IMG/VR virus record: IMGVR_UViG_3300030329_004093
Coordinates: 1-58,106 of that record
Length of the DNA stretch: 58,106 nucleotides
Origin: a virus
Taxonomy: Duplodnaviria > Caudoviricetes
Direction: 5' to 3' (one strand)
Shown: positions 27,131 to 39,500 of the stretch, piece by piece
How the letters are laid out: the number at the start of each line of letters is the position of its first letter
Position numbering within the stretch: position 1 is the stretch's first letter
Made by a program: the position numbers and the translations under genes
The notes under the pieces: model-generated
What the model was told of the DNA's origin: nothing
Databases searched by the model: none
The model's input: only the letters and a program-made list of their open reading frames with translations

Positions 27131-27611
27131 AAGAAGTCTAAACCAAATAAGTAGTGATATTATGTTAGTACAAAATAGTTTCGAGCTAACCGAGCAAGAA
27201 ATAGACGAGCAACTAGATATACTACATACTGAACTACATGAAAAAGAAAATGGAGTTTACTGGTTTTATAGGAATCTCGATAGTAAAATTGATTTAGCTA
27301 AAGAGTATAAAGAAAAAGCAGATGCAGTAATTAAAAAGCTTAAATATACTCAAGAAAAACTAAAGAAATTAGTATTAGAAGCTTATTCAGCTAGTAGTCA
27401 ACTCCCATCTCATGATGAGTTCAATCCTATTAAGATAATAGAAATGGGTAAAGTAGAGATAATAGATGAATCTAAAATACCAGATGAATATTATATTGAG
27501 AAGATTGAGACCAGATTAGATAAACGTAGAATACTTGAGGAATTAAAAGAAGGAGTAGAGATTCCTGGAGTAACATTAAGGAAAAACAAACATGTCAGGG
27601 GGTTAAAATGA
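27123..27611 (+). CDS. Siphovirus Gp157-like protein
   Basis: Coiled coil followed by VEIIDESKIPDEY...LDKRRILEELKEGVEIPGVTL; SD GGAGGTG. Confidence 0.75.
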   Translation: MPKRSLNQISSDIMLVQNSFELTEQEIDEQLDILHTELHEKENGVYWFYRNLDSKIDLAKEYKEKADAVIKKLKYTQEKLKKLVLEAYSASSQLPSHDEFNPIKIIEMGKVEIIDESKIPDEYYIEKIETRLDKRRILEELKEGVEIPGVTLRKNKHVRGLK

Positions 27612-28405
27612 TAAATCCTTATGGAGAAATAAGAAAAGTACCTTTAGATTATCAAGGTATTACATCTTCAGCTTATGCAGTACAAAGACAAGAGCTAAAA
27701 GATGAGAAACTTATGTGGAAAGAATGTGGAGTAGTTGGTAGTAACTATCTTCTTGTTCCTAACACAGAGGTAAGGGACCTTGCAAATGAAATAGCATCAG
27801 AATCTAACCATGAATGGGAGCCTATGAAAACTTTCTTTGATGGTAAAAGATTTATTTATTTCATGCAATCTAAGTCAGAGACTACTCAAATAAAAGAGGG
27901 TGATGATGTTGCTCTTGGTATGGGTTTCTGGAATAGTTATGACGGTTCTACAGCGTTACAATTTAGAACGTTTCTTGTAAGATTATTATGTACTAATGGT
28001 ATGATAACTAAAGACTTCATGAATTTAATGAGGTTTAAACATAATAATAAATCAGAAGGTTACGAGGACCAGATAATAAACGCTGCTAAAGTAGTTGACA
28101 ACTGTGGAGAGGATATTGAAACAGTTGCACAAAGGATGAGGAAAATGGTAGAAACTCCACTTAATTTAAATGAACTAGCTTATATGAGAAATCATGACTT
28201 AGCTCATTTACCTGTTACATTATGGGGTAAGATTAGTACACACTTTATGAATAAAGACCGTGAGAAAATCTTAAATAATGATGTAAGTATGTGGGATTTC
28301 TACAACGCATGTACGGATGTACTATGGCACGATGAGAAACCTACTATGGCCTCATTTGAGCATAATCAGATAATAACTGATAACTTGCTTCAAGCTATGG
28401 CTTAG
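27608..28405 (+). CDS. DUF932-like phage protein
   Basis: GVVGSNYLLVPN, NSYDGS, RLLCTNGM, WDFYNACT motifs. Confidence 0.75.
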   Translation: MINPYGEIRKVPLDYQGITSSAYAVQRQELKDEKLMWKECGVVGSNYLLVPNTEVRDLANEIASESNHEWEPMKTFFDGKRFIYFMQSKSETTQIKEGDDVALGMGFWNSYDGSTALQFRTFLVRLLCTNGMITKDFMNLMRFKHNNKSEGYEDQIINAAKVVDNCGEDIETVAQRMRKMVETPLNLNELAYMRNHDLAHLPVTLWGKISTHFMNKDREKILNNDVSMWDFYNACTDVLWHDEKPTMASFEHNQIITDNLLQAMA

Positions 28406-28420
28406 GAGGAACGCACCAAA

Positions 28421-28454
28421 AGGAGAGGGGGTACTCGTCCTACCTCCTCTCTTT
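28421..28454 (+). terminator. Stem-loop after DUF932-like gene
   Basis: GGAGAGGGGGTA...TACCTCCTCTCT followed by TT. Confidence 0.5.
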
Positions 28455-28472
28455 AACTTAAAAGGAGATAAT

Positions 28473-28637
28473 ATGGCAAAAAAGAAAAAAAGTGAAATAG
28501 AAGAAATATATGAGGAATTAGATGAACATGCAGAAGCGTTAGAGATGTTCGCTGGTGATATTAATAAAATAGTACCTAAATTAGAAGCAATTGATGCTGC
28601 TATGAAAAGAATAATGAAAAGATTGGGGATGAGTTAA
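28473..28637 (+). CDS. Small coiled-coil protein (54 aa)
   Basis: Manual ORF with SD AAGGAG. Confidence 0.5.
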   Translation: MAKKKKSEIEEIYEELDEHAEALEMFAGDINKIVPKLEAIDAAMKRIMKRLGMS

Positions 28638-28936
28638 TGAAAAAACCAACTATAAAAGAACTTAAAACAGAGATAGATAAAGAAAGAGAAAGACTTGATT
28701 TAACAGTAAGGCAACTTAATTTTAGCACAAGAATGTTAGATAGTATAGGTATTGCTTTTAGTAATTATGTTAAGTATAAAGGTGATGAGCAGAACTTTAA
28801 AGATTATTTGGAAAATAATAAAAACTTACATAAATTAAACAAGGAAGAGGATGAAGACAGAAAAAAAGGACATCTTGAAGGAATTAATACTGTATCAGAT
28901 AAGGAAGTACGGGAAGAAAGCTCTGGAAAAGAATAA
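28637..28936 (+). CDS. Hypothetical protein
   Basis: Coupled ORF (TAATG). Confidence 0.5.
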   Translation: MKKPTIKELKTEIDKERERLDLTVRQLNFSTRMLDSIGIAFSNYVKYKGDEQNFKDYLENNKNLHKLNKEEDEDRKKGHLEGINTVSDKEVREESSGKE

Positions 28937-28938
28937 TA

Positions 28939-29187
28939 TTGATTGGAGAAAATATGTTCAAGAAATGTCCTAAATGTGGGTGGAGTATGCCTAAATATCT
29001 TGAAAACATAAGTTCACCTTATACTAAATATGAAATAGCATGGGCTTATACACCCACTGAAAATAAAGATAAATGGCATGCTTTAAAAAAAGCAAGAATA
29101 CGTGCAGAAATAGAGAAAAGGAGACTCGATGAATTGGAAATTTTGGAAAAAGAAACCAAAGCAACCAAAGGAATTAAAACCTTTTAA
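28939..29187 (+). CDS. Small CxxC protein
   Basis: CPKCG; probable start MFKKC after SD GGAG. Confidence 0.45.
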   Translation: MIGENMFKKCPKCGWSMPKYLENISSPYTKYEIAWAYTPTENKDKWHALKKARIRAEIEKRRLDELEILEKETKATKGIKTF

Positions 29188-29308
29188 AAAGAAAGATACT
29201 GTAGACATGAAATTAGCCAAGATTGTTGAAGAACAGAATCGGTTAAATATGAGAATGGATGGTATAGATAATGTTTTTAAAAGAATAAGAAACCGAATAG
29301 GAATATAA
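29129..29308 (+). CDS. Small basic protein (59 aa)
   Basis: Manual ORF MNWKFWKKKP...RIGI with SD AGGAG; C-terminus resembles 28473..28637. Confidence 0.4.
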   Translation: MNWKFWKKKPKQPKELKPFKKKDTVDMKLAKIVEEQNRLNMRMDGIDNVFKRIRNRIGI

Positions 29309-29547
29309 TGAGTAATGTAAATGCACTTATAGAAAGAGCTGAAAATCTAGTTGAATTCGCAAGACATTCTAATGATAATGAGCTTGACATTGTAGTTAAA
29401 GAGATTGTAAATTTCGTACAAGAACAAAGATTAGAAATGCTGTCTGAAGTTCTACAATTAATTAAACAAAGAGGTCAATGTGAAGCCATCGTCAAGGAAA
29501 GGCAAGGGGAGGAGACTTCAAAACTTTCTAAAGGAAGAACTCTATAA
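29308..29547 (+). CDS. Hypothetical protein
   Basis: TAATG-coupled ORF. Confidence 0.4.
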   Translation: MSNVNALIERAENLVEFARHSNDNELDIVVKEIVNFVQEQRLEMLSEVLQLIKQRGQCEAIVKERQGEETSKLSKGRTL

Positions 29548-29824
29548 ATATTTCCCTTCATTAAGAGAAGGTGATATAAAAACTGCTGTGATGGGAGAGT
29601 CTGGTGAAGACATCATTCTCTCTCCAGCAGCCAGAGATTTAATACCATTTAGTTTTGAATGTAAGAATCAAGAAAGACTAAATATATGGGAATCTCTAAC
29701 TCAAGCCGAAGAAAATTCAAACAATTACACACCAGCTGTAGTATTTAAAAGAAATCGAACTAAAACATATATAACTCTTGAATTAGAAGAGTTTCTTAAA
29801 ATTATAGGAGAGCTAAATGAATAG
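29480..29824 (+). CDS. Holliday junction resolvase-like PD-(D/E)xK nuclease
   Basis: SRKGKGRRLQ, GEDI, FSFECKNQE, PAVVFKRNR motifs. Confidence 0.8.
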   Translation: MKPSSRKGKGRRLQNFLKEELYKYFPSLREGDIKTAVMGESGEDIILSPAARDLIPFSFECKNQERLNIWESLTQAEENSNNYTPAVVFKRNRTKTYITLELEEFLKIIGELNE

Positions 29825-30002
29825 AGAAAAAAGAATGGCAAAAGAATTTGAAAACAGTATTATTAAATGCGCTATTATTGATTTTTTAATAGAAGAAATA
29901 ATGCTAAAGGGTAGTTATGAAAAGCTTTCTTATTGGGATAAAACTGCTGTATCGAAATTAGTTGGTAAAAAACTTTATTTATTTGGAAGAGTTACTGCTT
30001 AA
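29817..30002 (+). CDS. Hypothetical protein
   Basis: Last plus-strand ORF, SD GGAG; converges with 29999..33598. Confidence 0.45.
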   Translation: MNREKRMAKEFENSIIKCAIIDFLIEEIMLKGSYEKLSYWDKTAVSKLVGKKLYLFGRVTA

Positions 30003-33000
30003 TCTTCATCAATCAAACTCTGTAAAGCATCCTTAGATAAACCATGAGTTGTTGCACTTGGGAAAACTGGTCTTGCAATATCCATAAAACTATTAGCTGC
30101 TAACTCACCTCTTTCTAAAGCAATATGGAATATTAATAATAACCAATCCATTGTCCATGTTACTCCATATCCAAATGGTGCATTCATAACAAATTTTCTC
30201 ATAAATCTTGATGTTTCTTCCCACTCATCATCATCGTCATCAAAACCTGCTGCTGCTTGGATAGCAAATACTAAAATACTCGCTAATCCTTGAGCATACA
30301 TTGAAGGTAACCCTCTAATCATACCACCTAAACCTACTGCTCTAGCTGTATTTTTTATAACACTTAACATAGCTAGATTACCTAAAGGACCCCATATTAC
30401 TAAATCCATTAACGCTGCTGTTAAAACTCCAGTTGTCAGAAACTTATACATTTGAGCTACTTCTTTTTGAGCTATATTCATCTTATTATAATTATGTAAA
30501 CTCCAATAAGAATACTTGCCAGGAACTGCTCCTTTTTTAATTATTTTAGTAACTGCTTTGGCCCAAGGAAAGAATCCAGTTTTATGCAAATCAACAAGTC
30601 CCATTTGAGTTATAGCGGCGTTTTTTGTAACTCTCCAATCACGACCATTCTTTTGAAATCCCCAATAATTAAATTTTTGTAACCATTTACCTAAACTTCC
30701 ATAACCTGCAGCTCCCATATCAGTGCTAGATAAACCCATATTTGAATACTTAGATATTTTCCTGCCTATTTCCATAGCTTTAGATAGCTCTTCACCTTCT
30801 AATTCCCACATATGAACGCTACTATCTATATATCCTAATCTTTGAGCTTGTAGTACACCTACTATAAATGATATACTTCTAATCCAAGATTCACCTGCAG
30901 ACATAGTTAAATTAGCTGATTTATATATCTCACCCTTAGCTTTCCACCAAACAGATAATCCCTTATATATATTAGCAGGAGTTTTATATTTCCAATTAAA
31001 CATAGAAGCGAAATGATTAATCTCATATTCCTTAGTTAGTGCATATTCAACCCAAGTATTTAAAATTGCATCTAATTTTTTACTTATAATATTTTGTTTT
31101 CTTATTTTAATATCATCTTTAGCTAATATTTTATTAACTTCTAGATTATAAGCTGGTGAGTTTTTCATTATATCTTTAACAAGAGCTCTAAATTCTAATA
31201 AAGATAGTGTATTAACCATATCTTCTTTAGATACACCTTCTGTAGCTAGTTTAACTTTCTTCATTTGAGCAATTAATGCACTTTTACTCATATTGGAAAA
31301 CATTTCTTTTGTAGCTGGATGATTTAACATAGCAGCATATATCTTCTCAACACTATGATTATCCATATTAAATCCAACTTTATCATTAACAAGAGATTTG
31401 CTAAAGAAATCTTGGAAAGCAGCAACTCCAGATTTAGCTATAAACATAGCAACTTCTTCAGGATGTTGATTCATGTATTCCTGAGCATCTTGAACAGCAT
31501 TAAAATTCCAATCTTGAACTGTTTGCATAATAGCTACTTTATTGATTATAGCTGTGCTCATTCCTCCTAAAAATGTAGCACTAAGTACTTTATTAATTCT
31601 ATTAGATATTCTTTGTATATTATGAACATCCATTCCTAAGGCATTGGCTATTTTTTGGTCAGATATACCTAAAGGACCTTCAACAGTAGGTGAATTAAAT
31701 GGTACTTTATAGTAATTTATTATACCTTTTTGAACAGATTCACTTTTAGTAAGCAATAAAGCTTCTAGCATTTCAGCTGTTAGTTTATTCCTATTAATGG
31801 CAGCAAATGTTTCATTTAAATGTTCATAATAAACAGCTTTATCTACATTAAGATTACGTATATCAAATGCATTAGTAACTCTCTTTAAATGTTTATGATG
31901 CCTAACAAATGGCATTTCCTCGCCTCTTACCATATCTTCTGGGTATATACCATCTTTCATTTCACTTATATTTCTAGCTCTTTTTAACTGGCTTTGTGTG
32001 ATACTTAATTTTTCATTTACATATTCAAGTTCATTTCTAGGAGATTCAAATTTCGCACTAGAATAAGGTAAATTATTTTCTATAACTTTTATTATTTGGT
32101 TTCTTCTTTTTTTCCAGCCTGCTTCTTCTTTCTCTAATCCATCTATATAACTATCCCACATAAGTTTAAAGGTTTGATTGGGATACCTTATTGGAAAGTG
32201 ATTTCTTCTATATTCAGATTCATTTGCTTGATTTCTAAACATTTCAACTTTAGCAATATTGCCAAAAGTTTCTTTAAAAGTATTATATTTTTCCATATAA
32301 GATGTTTTATGCTTATCGTCTAAATATTTTATTCTATCTAATATTTTCTTCCTATCTTTAATTTTCCATTCTTCAAAAAATAAAGTAAAAACCTCACCTT
32401 CACTTAAATCAGGAAAATGTTTTCTTAATGCTGATTTCATTGCATCAACAGATTCTAAAAACTCTTTTCTTGAATGTTTATATAAAGCATCTTCAATTTT
32501 TCTCGCTTCCTTAGTCATACTTAAGAATGATTTTATTTGAGTTTTAGTAAAAGGTATATTAAAAGAACCGTTTCTAAAATCTTTCAAATCTACTGGGTCA
32601 CTAAATGCAAATATAGGCTTTTTAGTTCCTTCATAAAACTCACCTGTTGTACCCCAGTTTTTATTTGCTTTAAATTGGGTACCATCAAATTCAATTTCAC
32701 CTATCATGTATCTTATAAAGAACTCTATCATTTTTTGCTTTTTAGTTAGCATTTCTCCCTTAGGTAGTTTCCATTTTTTTATATTAAGAACCATATCTTC
32801 TAAATCTTTAAAAATATCAGACATACCTTTAAATTCAACTTTAACAGATTTACCTTTTATTCTTTTAGTAACTGTTCTTTTATACATGAAATTACCAATA
32901 TCATTTTCTACAGATTCATAGTATTTATCCATTTGTTGAGAAAACTTAAAATATGCTCCACTTCTTTCTTTTTTACCTAATTCTTTTGGAGTAGTCCATC

Positions 33001-33598
33001 TAACCATAAATTTACCAAAAGCTCCTTTAGCAAATGTATTCTCATCAACAAAATCTTCTTTAGCAGTAGCCCAATTCCATGCTTTTCTATATATAACTTT
33101 CAAGGTTCCTACAGGTTGTACTCTTAAAATTTGTTTTAATTGTTCTTCTTTACTTAATTTATCGAAATCTTTTTTCTCTAAACCACCTTTACCAAATAAA
33201 GATGACTCTATAGATTCACTGCTAGGGGCCCATGGAAGAGCGCTTTTTCCCTTTTTACCAGAAGGCATGTGTCTCCATAACTCTTCTTGTACCATATCTT
33301 TCATTAATGGATTAGCAATAAATAGAGTAGCTATTTTAAATGCAAGTAAATATCTTTCACCTTGAGTACCATATTGTTGGTTAATAAAATCTTCTATCTC
33401 ATTCTCTGGAATAACATCATATAAAAGCTCTTTTATAGCTTCTTCACTAGCGGTTTTAAAATGCTCATCTACTTGCTGAACAAGTTCTTTCATGCCTATT
33501 ACATCAGCTTCTGTTATAATAGCATCTTGTATAGCCTGTTCAATAACATCTAAATCATTATGACCATCTTTTACTATTTGACAATTACTTTTAGCCAC
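29999..33598 (-). CDS. Large internal virion/ejection protein
   Basis: 1199 aa, helical, hydrophobic C-terminal segments; directly downstream of the giant RNAP gene. Confidence 0.55.
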   Translation of the reverse strand: MAKSNCQIVKDGHNDLDVIEQAIQDAIITEADVIGMKELVQQVDEHFKTASEEAIKELLYDVIPENEIEDFINQQYGTQGERYLLAFKIATLFIANPLMKDMVQEELWRHMPSGKKGKSALPWAPSSESIESSLFGKGGLEKKDFDKLSKEEQLKQILRVQPVGTLKVIYRKAWNWATAKEDFVDENTFAKGAFGKFMVRWTTPKELGKKERSGAYFKFSQQMDKYYESVENDIGNFMYKRTVTKRIKGKSVKVEFKGMSDIFKDLEDMVLNIKKWKLPKGEMLTKKQKMIEFFIRYMIGEIEFDGTQFKANKNWGTTGEFYEGTKKPIFAFSDPVDLKDFRNGSFNIPFTKTQIKSFLSMTKEARKIEDALYKHSRKEFLESVDAMKSALRKHFPDLSEGEVFTLFFEEWKIKDRKKILDRIKYLDDKHKTSYMEKYNTFKETFGNIAKVEMFRNQANESEYRRNHFPIRYPNQTFKLMWDSYIDGLEKEEAGWKKRRNQIIKVIENNLPYSSAKFESPRNELEYVNEKLSITQSQLKRARNISEMKDGIYPEDMVRGEEMPFVRHHKHLKRVTNAFDIRNLNVDKAVYYEHLNETFAAINRNKLTAEMLEALLLTKSESVQKGIINYYKVPFNSPTVEGPLGISDQKIANALGMDVHNIQRISNRINKVLSATFLGGMSTAIINKVAIMQTVQDWNFNAVQDAQEYMNQHPEEVAMFIAKSGVAAFQDFFSKSLVNDKVGFNMDNHSVEKIYAAMLNHPATKEMFSNMSKSALIAQMKKVKLATEGVSKEDMVNTLSLLEFRALVKDIMKNSPAYNLEVNKILAKDDIKIRKQNIISKKLDAILNTWVEYALTKEYEINHFASMFNWKYKTPANIYKGLSVWWKAKGEIYKSANLTMSAGESWIRSISFIVGVLQAQRLGYIDSSVHMWELEGEELSKAMEIGRKISKYSNMGLSSTDMGAAGYGSLGKWLQKFNYWGFQKNGRDWRVTKNAAITQMGLVDLHKTGFFPWAKAVTKIIKKGAVPGKYSYWSLHNYNKMNIAQKEVAQMYKFLTTGVLTAALMDLVIWGPLGNLAMLSVIKNTARAVGLGGMIRGLPSMYAQGLASILVFAIQAAAGFDDDDDEWEETSRFMRKFVMNAPFGYGVTWTMDWLLLIFHIALERGELAANSFMDIARPVFPSATTHGLSKDALQSLIDED

Positions 33599-36500
33599 AA
33601 ACTTCCTCTATATGTTTTTCAATCATTAAATCACCCACTCTATTAAATCTTTTTTCCATGTTCCTATTATTAGCAACTTCTTTATTATACAGCTCAGCAA
33701 ATTTACTCAATATTTTAGCATCTAACAATTGCTTTTCTGATTTAGACCTACTAGCTGGAGGTATATGAGTTCTTGTTTTAGTACCATCCCATCCTTCAAG
33801 GAAATGATATGTAGCAGCTACTTGAGCTACCCTTGATAATGCTTTAAAATCTTTATCAAAATTTGTTTTCCAAACTACAATTGGTTCATTTCTTTCCATA
33901 AAAGTAGGACTATCTGCTGATTTATCATTTGCATCTATAATACCTTTAAATCTACCCAACATATTTCTAGCATATAATTCACCTTTATCCCACTCAGATT
34001 TAGCCCAAGCACTCTTTTTACCCTGAACTAATCCTGATTTAGTATCCTCTAAAAATGCATCTCTTAAATATTGCTGCGCTATAGAAGGTAATAGGAAGTA
34101 TTCAACTGCTCTATCATGTGCATTTCTGTGTACATTATAATGCAATTTAATAGGACTACCATCAGAACCTATAATATTATATTTATTTTGCCATATTTCA
34201 TACTCTACATAAGGAGCAATAGCTATCTCTTCTATAGGAGTTAGTATGTTTGATTTAAAAGATACTCTTATATCTGGAGCAATACCTTTTATATAAGACT
34301 CTCTGTCTCTGGTATACTGATAGTAAGTAGAACTCTCATCTATTGTATCACTTAATCTTAACTTACCTTCTTCAAAATCAAATCCACTTCTAACTTTATT
34401 AGGAGTTTTCAAAAATTTCAAGTATGGTTTAAGCTTTTTAAATGCTGTTGCTGAGATAGTTTGACCTGCTTGAGGATGACCTTCTCCATATTTAAATAAT
34501 GAACGAGATAAACCATCATATGTATAGTTCCATTGTTGCAATAACATGTATTTAGCATTATCTACAGCAGCCTGAAGATATATCCTGAGTATTTTAGATA
34601 CCGTAAATGTTGGTATTTTACCATCTATTTTACCTACATTAAATTTAACCTTTTCATCTGGTTGCTTTAATTCAACTCTACCTACACCTGTTACGTTTAT
34701 ATGGTCAATTGTATTGACAAGTAATCCATATATAGATTGTATATTAACTATTTCACCTTGTTTATTATAGGTCATAGCTTCCATTAGCCTAAACCTATCA
34801 TCAGCCTTAGATAAATCTAATTGCCCTAATTTAGAATCAAATTCATTTAAATTAATACCACCTACCTCAAGTTCTTTAAAGAATTCAATAAAAGTATCTT
34901 CTATCTCTGATACAAATTTACCATCTGTATACTCATAAGGTAGCATTTCAAGTGATACCCAATCTCCATCATAATCTCCTTCAAGTCTTGCAAATACATC
35001 ATAAGGACTAAGCTCTATTAATCCACCTCTATTAAATAATCTTTTAATTCTAATTATCATAGCTCCACCAGCATGTGGTATAGGAGACCTAGCCATAAAC
35101 ATATTTACTGGATTTTCTGCAAGCCATTCATTTATTTCAGAAACATCTGTATCCTCAGCAACTTTCAAAGATATATTTTTAGCTGTTGCAAACTTAAGTA
35201 ACACTTGTTCTGCATTAGATTTCGAAAGCGCTGCTTCCCCTCTTTTTAAATCTCCTCTTAAATTAGGAGCTAAGTCAGCTTTAGTTCCTGGTTGTCTTTT
35301 AATCTTTAAGGTAGGAGTCATTTCTTTTGTTTGATATAAAACATTTAACATTGGTTCTAAATGCCATACAAAACCAAGTTTATTTAATTCTACTAGAGTA
35401 TTTCTAAATCCTATTTCATCATTTATATCTATTTTCTCAATTATATCAGATACTCTTTTAGATGCTGATTTAACAGTGGTGTCAGAGAAATCTCTATATA
35501 TACCAGCTATTTGAGCCTTAACATTAGATAGTATGTGATTTTTAAATGCACTTATTACTCTGGAGTCTGTTATGTGATTATACCACTGCATCATATGATT
35601 GCCAGTAACAGCATATTTTTCATCAGCATATTTAGTAAAACCTATCTCTCTTCCACTTACAGTAATACCTTTTTTACTAGTAGCTCCACCATACACCCAC
35701 TTAGCTTCATCTTGTGTTATAATCATATCCATACCTGCTGCTTCACCATCAACGAAGTTACCATTTTCATCTACTCTAGCAAGTAAAGTATCTCCCTCCC
35801 ATATCTCTATGCCCGATTCGGGCTGATAATGTTGGTGTTTAACTGCAACACCTTCCCCATCCCTATTCTTATATATAACAGTTTTAGCTTTAGCTTGTCC
35901 AGGTGTTAATCCATGATGTAATTCAAATGCTTCAAATAGTTGCCTAGCAGTAATACTACCACCATCTCCTATATAAAGATTGTCTACAGTCTCTACTAAT
36001 CTATATCCTTTGTTTGTTTTCTCTCTATATTTAAATACTAATTTTTCTTTATCTGCGATATACATATTAACATCAGTCATAGATGGGCTAATAGTCATAG
36101 GAGTAAAAGGTAGCTTTATTCTTTTACCTACAGTAGCAGCATCCATATCTAAATAATCAGGAAATATACTAGTCATAGCACTATGAACAGCTAATTCCTG
36201 AGCTGAATCAAATCCCATACTTTTATAATAAGCTTTATGATTATCAGTAACATCTACTATTAACAGCTTATCTGAATCACCTCTTGACATAACTATAGTT
36301 TTACTATGCTGAGTATAAAGCTCATCATTTAAAGTAGAAAGCTCATCTGCTGTAAAGAATCCATATCTAGACTTTTTATTCTGAAGAACATCTTTACCGC
36401 TTATAAAGGATATTAATCCACCACGAATACTCGTTAAATGTGTATACTTTTCATTATTATTAAGCTCAAATGGTGTTATTTTATCTGTAGAATTATTCTT

Positions 36501-39500
36501 TCCTCCAAGTTTGCTATCTGGTCCTTTTAATTCTATGCTCATTTCCTTAGCTACAGTACCTGCAAAATTACCTTCTGAATCAGTTATTACATCGTATTTT
36601 GTAATAATAGCATAAAAATTATCTCTAGCATTCATTTTACCACCTTCAGAATTGATAGTTAAACTGCTGAATAATCTATTAAACTTTTTAATTTGTTTTC
36701 TTGTCATACTAGGAGGGTAGCTTGCTCTTTTACCTATAATTTTAGAAACTTCTTTAACCCAAGTATCGAATTTATTCTCTATACTTAAATCTCTCATTAT
36801 ACTATAAGCTAGTTTATTTAATTGTTTAGCTACGTCAAAATCAACATGTACTCCAAACTCATCTCTATATGCAAAATCATTAGAACTTAAAGACCTTTCG
36901 TCACTTTCATTTTTATCTATTAAACCAGCCCAGCCTTCTCTATTTGCTCTCTCTATTTCAGTTAAAAAGCTAGATACTCCCATATCTATTTCTTCCTGAG
37001 GAACTAAAGTTTCTTGGGCTTTTCCAACAGCTGTATCTTTATAAGCTAATGAAGAATGCTTAGAGAACATAGTATCATACCAGAAAGAAAACTTAGAATG
37101 CAATTCAGGTGGTAACATGCTCATCATAGCATGTCTAAAATATTCAGGATGCACATAAAACTTTCTGGCTAATGCTTTATTTGTTTCATTCATCACTATA
37201 TTTAAATCTAACCATGCATTTTTAAATATTCTATTTATCTCTATATTTTTAGACAAATTAGGGTCTTCAATTTTCTGGTATCTTATCTGGTTATTAATTT
37301 TATTACTAAGTTGATTTAAATCTTTAGGAGTAGATGATTCGGCATCATGCTTTTCAATTACTTTCTGCATTCTAAACGTCTGATATGAAAGGACCCCTGG
37401 TATATTAAGGTATGTAATTTTCATAGTCTGACCTTTGCTCCAAGAAGGAGTGAGTATTTCATAATCAATCAAACCTTGTTTCTTCATATCTTTAACTATA
37501 ATATTTAAATCTTTTATAAATGGACCAGTTTTACCTTTTATCATAGGAAGCTCAATAGTCTCACCTGTTTCTTTTGATTCAACTTTCTTTATCTCTCTGT
37601 AATGCTTTAATACTAATTTTTGAGCTTCAGACCCTCTCCATAAAACTGCATTAGTTTTATTATTATGCTGTGGTTCATAATAAGCTTCATATAAATCTTT
37701 ACCAATCTCATCTTTTTGTGCATTACTTAAAAAATCAAATTTATCTACAATATTATTTACTATACTGCTTGCTTTTTCAACTCTAGACATTGTTTCTCCA
37801 CGACCATCTGGAAAACTTGCAGTTGAGAGATGTTCTCTGAATACATTCATCAAATAATTCCAAGCAGATTCATCAGCAGTATTGTAAAAGCTAAATGCTA
37901 AATCATTTCCTTGAATCATAAGATTAACTGCACCTAATCCAATATGTAATGATGGCTTTCCGTTTGCTGCTGAACGTTGTATTGAATTTAATATACGTAT
38001 TTTATTTAAACTTTTCTTTAAAGTGACTAAGTTTTTAGCAGGGCCTAATACGCCTGGAAGAATCTCATCTATCTGACTATCAATATTTTCTTTAGTAGCA
38101 TCTTCAGTTACAATATCTTTCATAATTTCAAGTGATTTATTTCTAAACTCAGTAATAGGTATAACTTGTCTTGTTAAATTACCTATCCTTTTTAAAAGTC
38201 GTTCTTGAAATATCATTCCAATAGAACCTGATAATTGCATTTTTCTTATAGATAAAAATTCATTAAAATCTTTGTCAAATTCATTATTCTCTTTTTCAAT
38301 CTCTTTAAAATGAACTAAGTTTTTAAATCTATTTCTTAAACCAAAAATAAAACCATAAAAACCTCTATCATTATCTCTGAATGTCTCTATTAGCTTTTTC
38401 TTAACAATACCTTTTTTTCCTTTTATAACAACATTCAAGCTATCCTCTAAAAGTATTTGTAATTCATAATTTACCTGATTTAATTTTATCTTAGGTATTT
38501 TAAACATTCGGCTTAATTCAATATCATTAATTTTCATTAAATCATTTTTAGAAGATATTCTATTTTTTAGAACTTGATTGTATTTAAAAATCTTTTCGTT
38601 AAGCCAATCTTCTATAGCAGAATCTTTTAAAGCTCCTTTATTTGACAGGATGAAATCAAAAGCATCAACCTCTTCTATATATCTTATATTTAAAAGATTA
38701 GAATAAAGTTCTTTAGGCGCTCTTCCAGTAACTATTTCATCTAATATTTCTAGAGACATCTTATTCAAGGTATGAGTTAATATTTTACTTGAATTAGGAG
38801 CAAAGTAATCAAACATTATATTACCAGCTTCTCTGTAACCTATATTCGTATTAGCTTGCTCAACAGAAACGAAGGATTTATTCCATATTATATCACTAAG
38901 TTTCTCCCAATTTAAATTTGAATACTCTTTAGTTAATGCATATATATATAATTTTTCAATTTCAGATATTCCAGATGATGATTTCATATACTTCTCTGAT
39001 GACGATGATGAATCAGATAAATATCTTTTTATATTTTCAGGAGAAAAATCTAATTTATCAACAGCATTTCCAAAATGTGATATATTTTTATTTAACCACT
39101 TTGTTTTAATAACAGACATTATCTTAACTTGACCATTCTCGCTATTAACTATATTATTTAAATGTTTAGATATTAAATTAATTGCATCATCAGTCCATGT
39201 AACCTCAAATACATTCAAACTTTGACCTGCAGGCAATCCGTTTAAAAGCTTACCGTACCAACCATATCCTAAAGATTTAACTACTTTTTCTTCTAATACT
39301 TCAATATCTTTTGTGATTAAATCTGTTTCACCAGTTAATCCAGTTTGCTTTTCTTCATTTCTTTTTTTTATATATTTATCTGGATTTTCAACATACTCAT
39401 AAATTTCATCTTTTATTATTTCATCATTAGCAGCTATAACATCAGTCTGATATTCATGAGCAATATCTGTATCTTCTATATCAGGAGGTAATGTCTGAAC

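Noticed and set aside
18305-30002. Lysogeny module
   Set aside because: No integrase, repressor pair or parAB recognised
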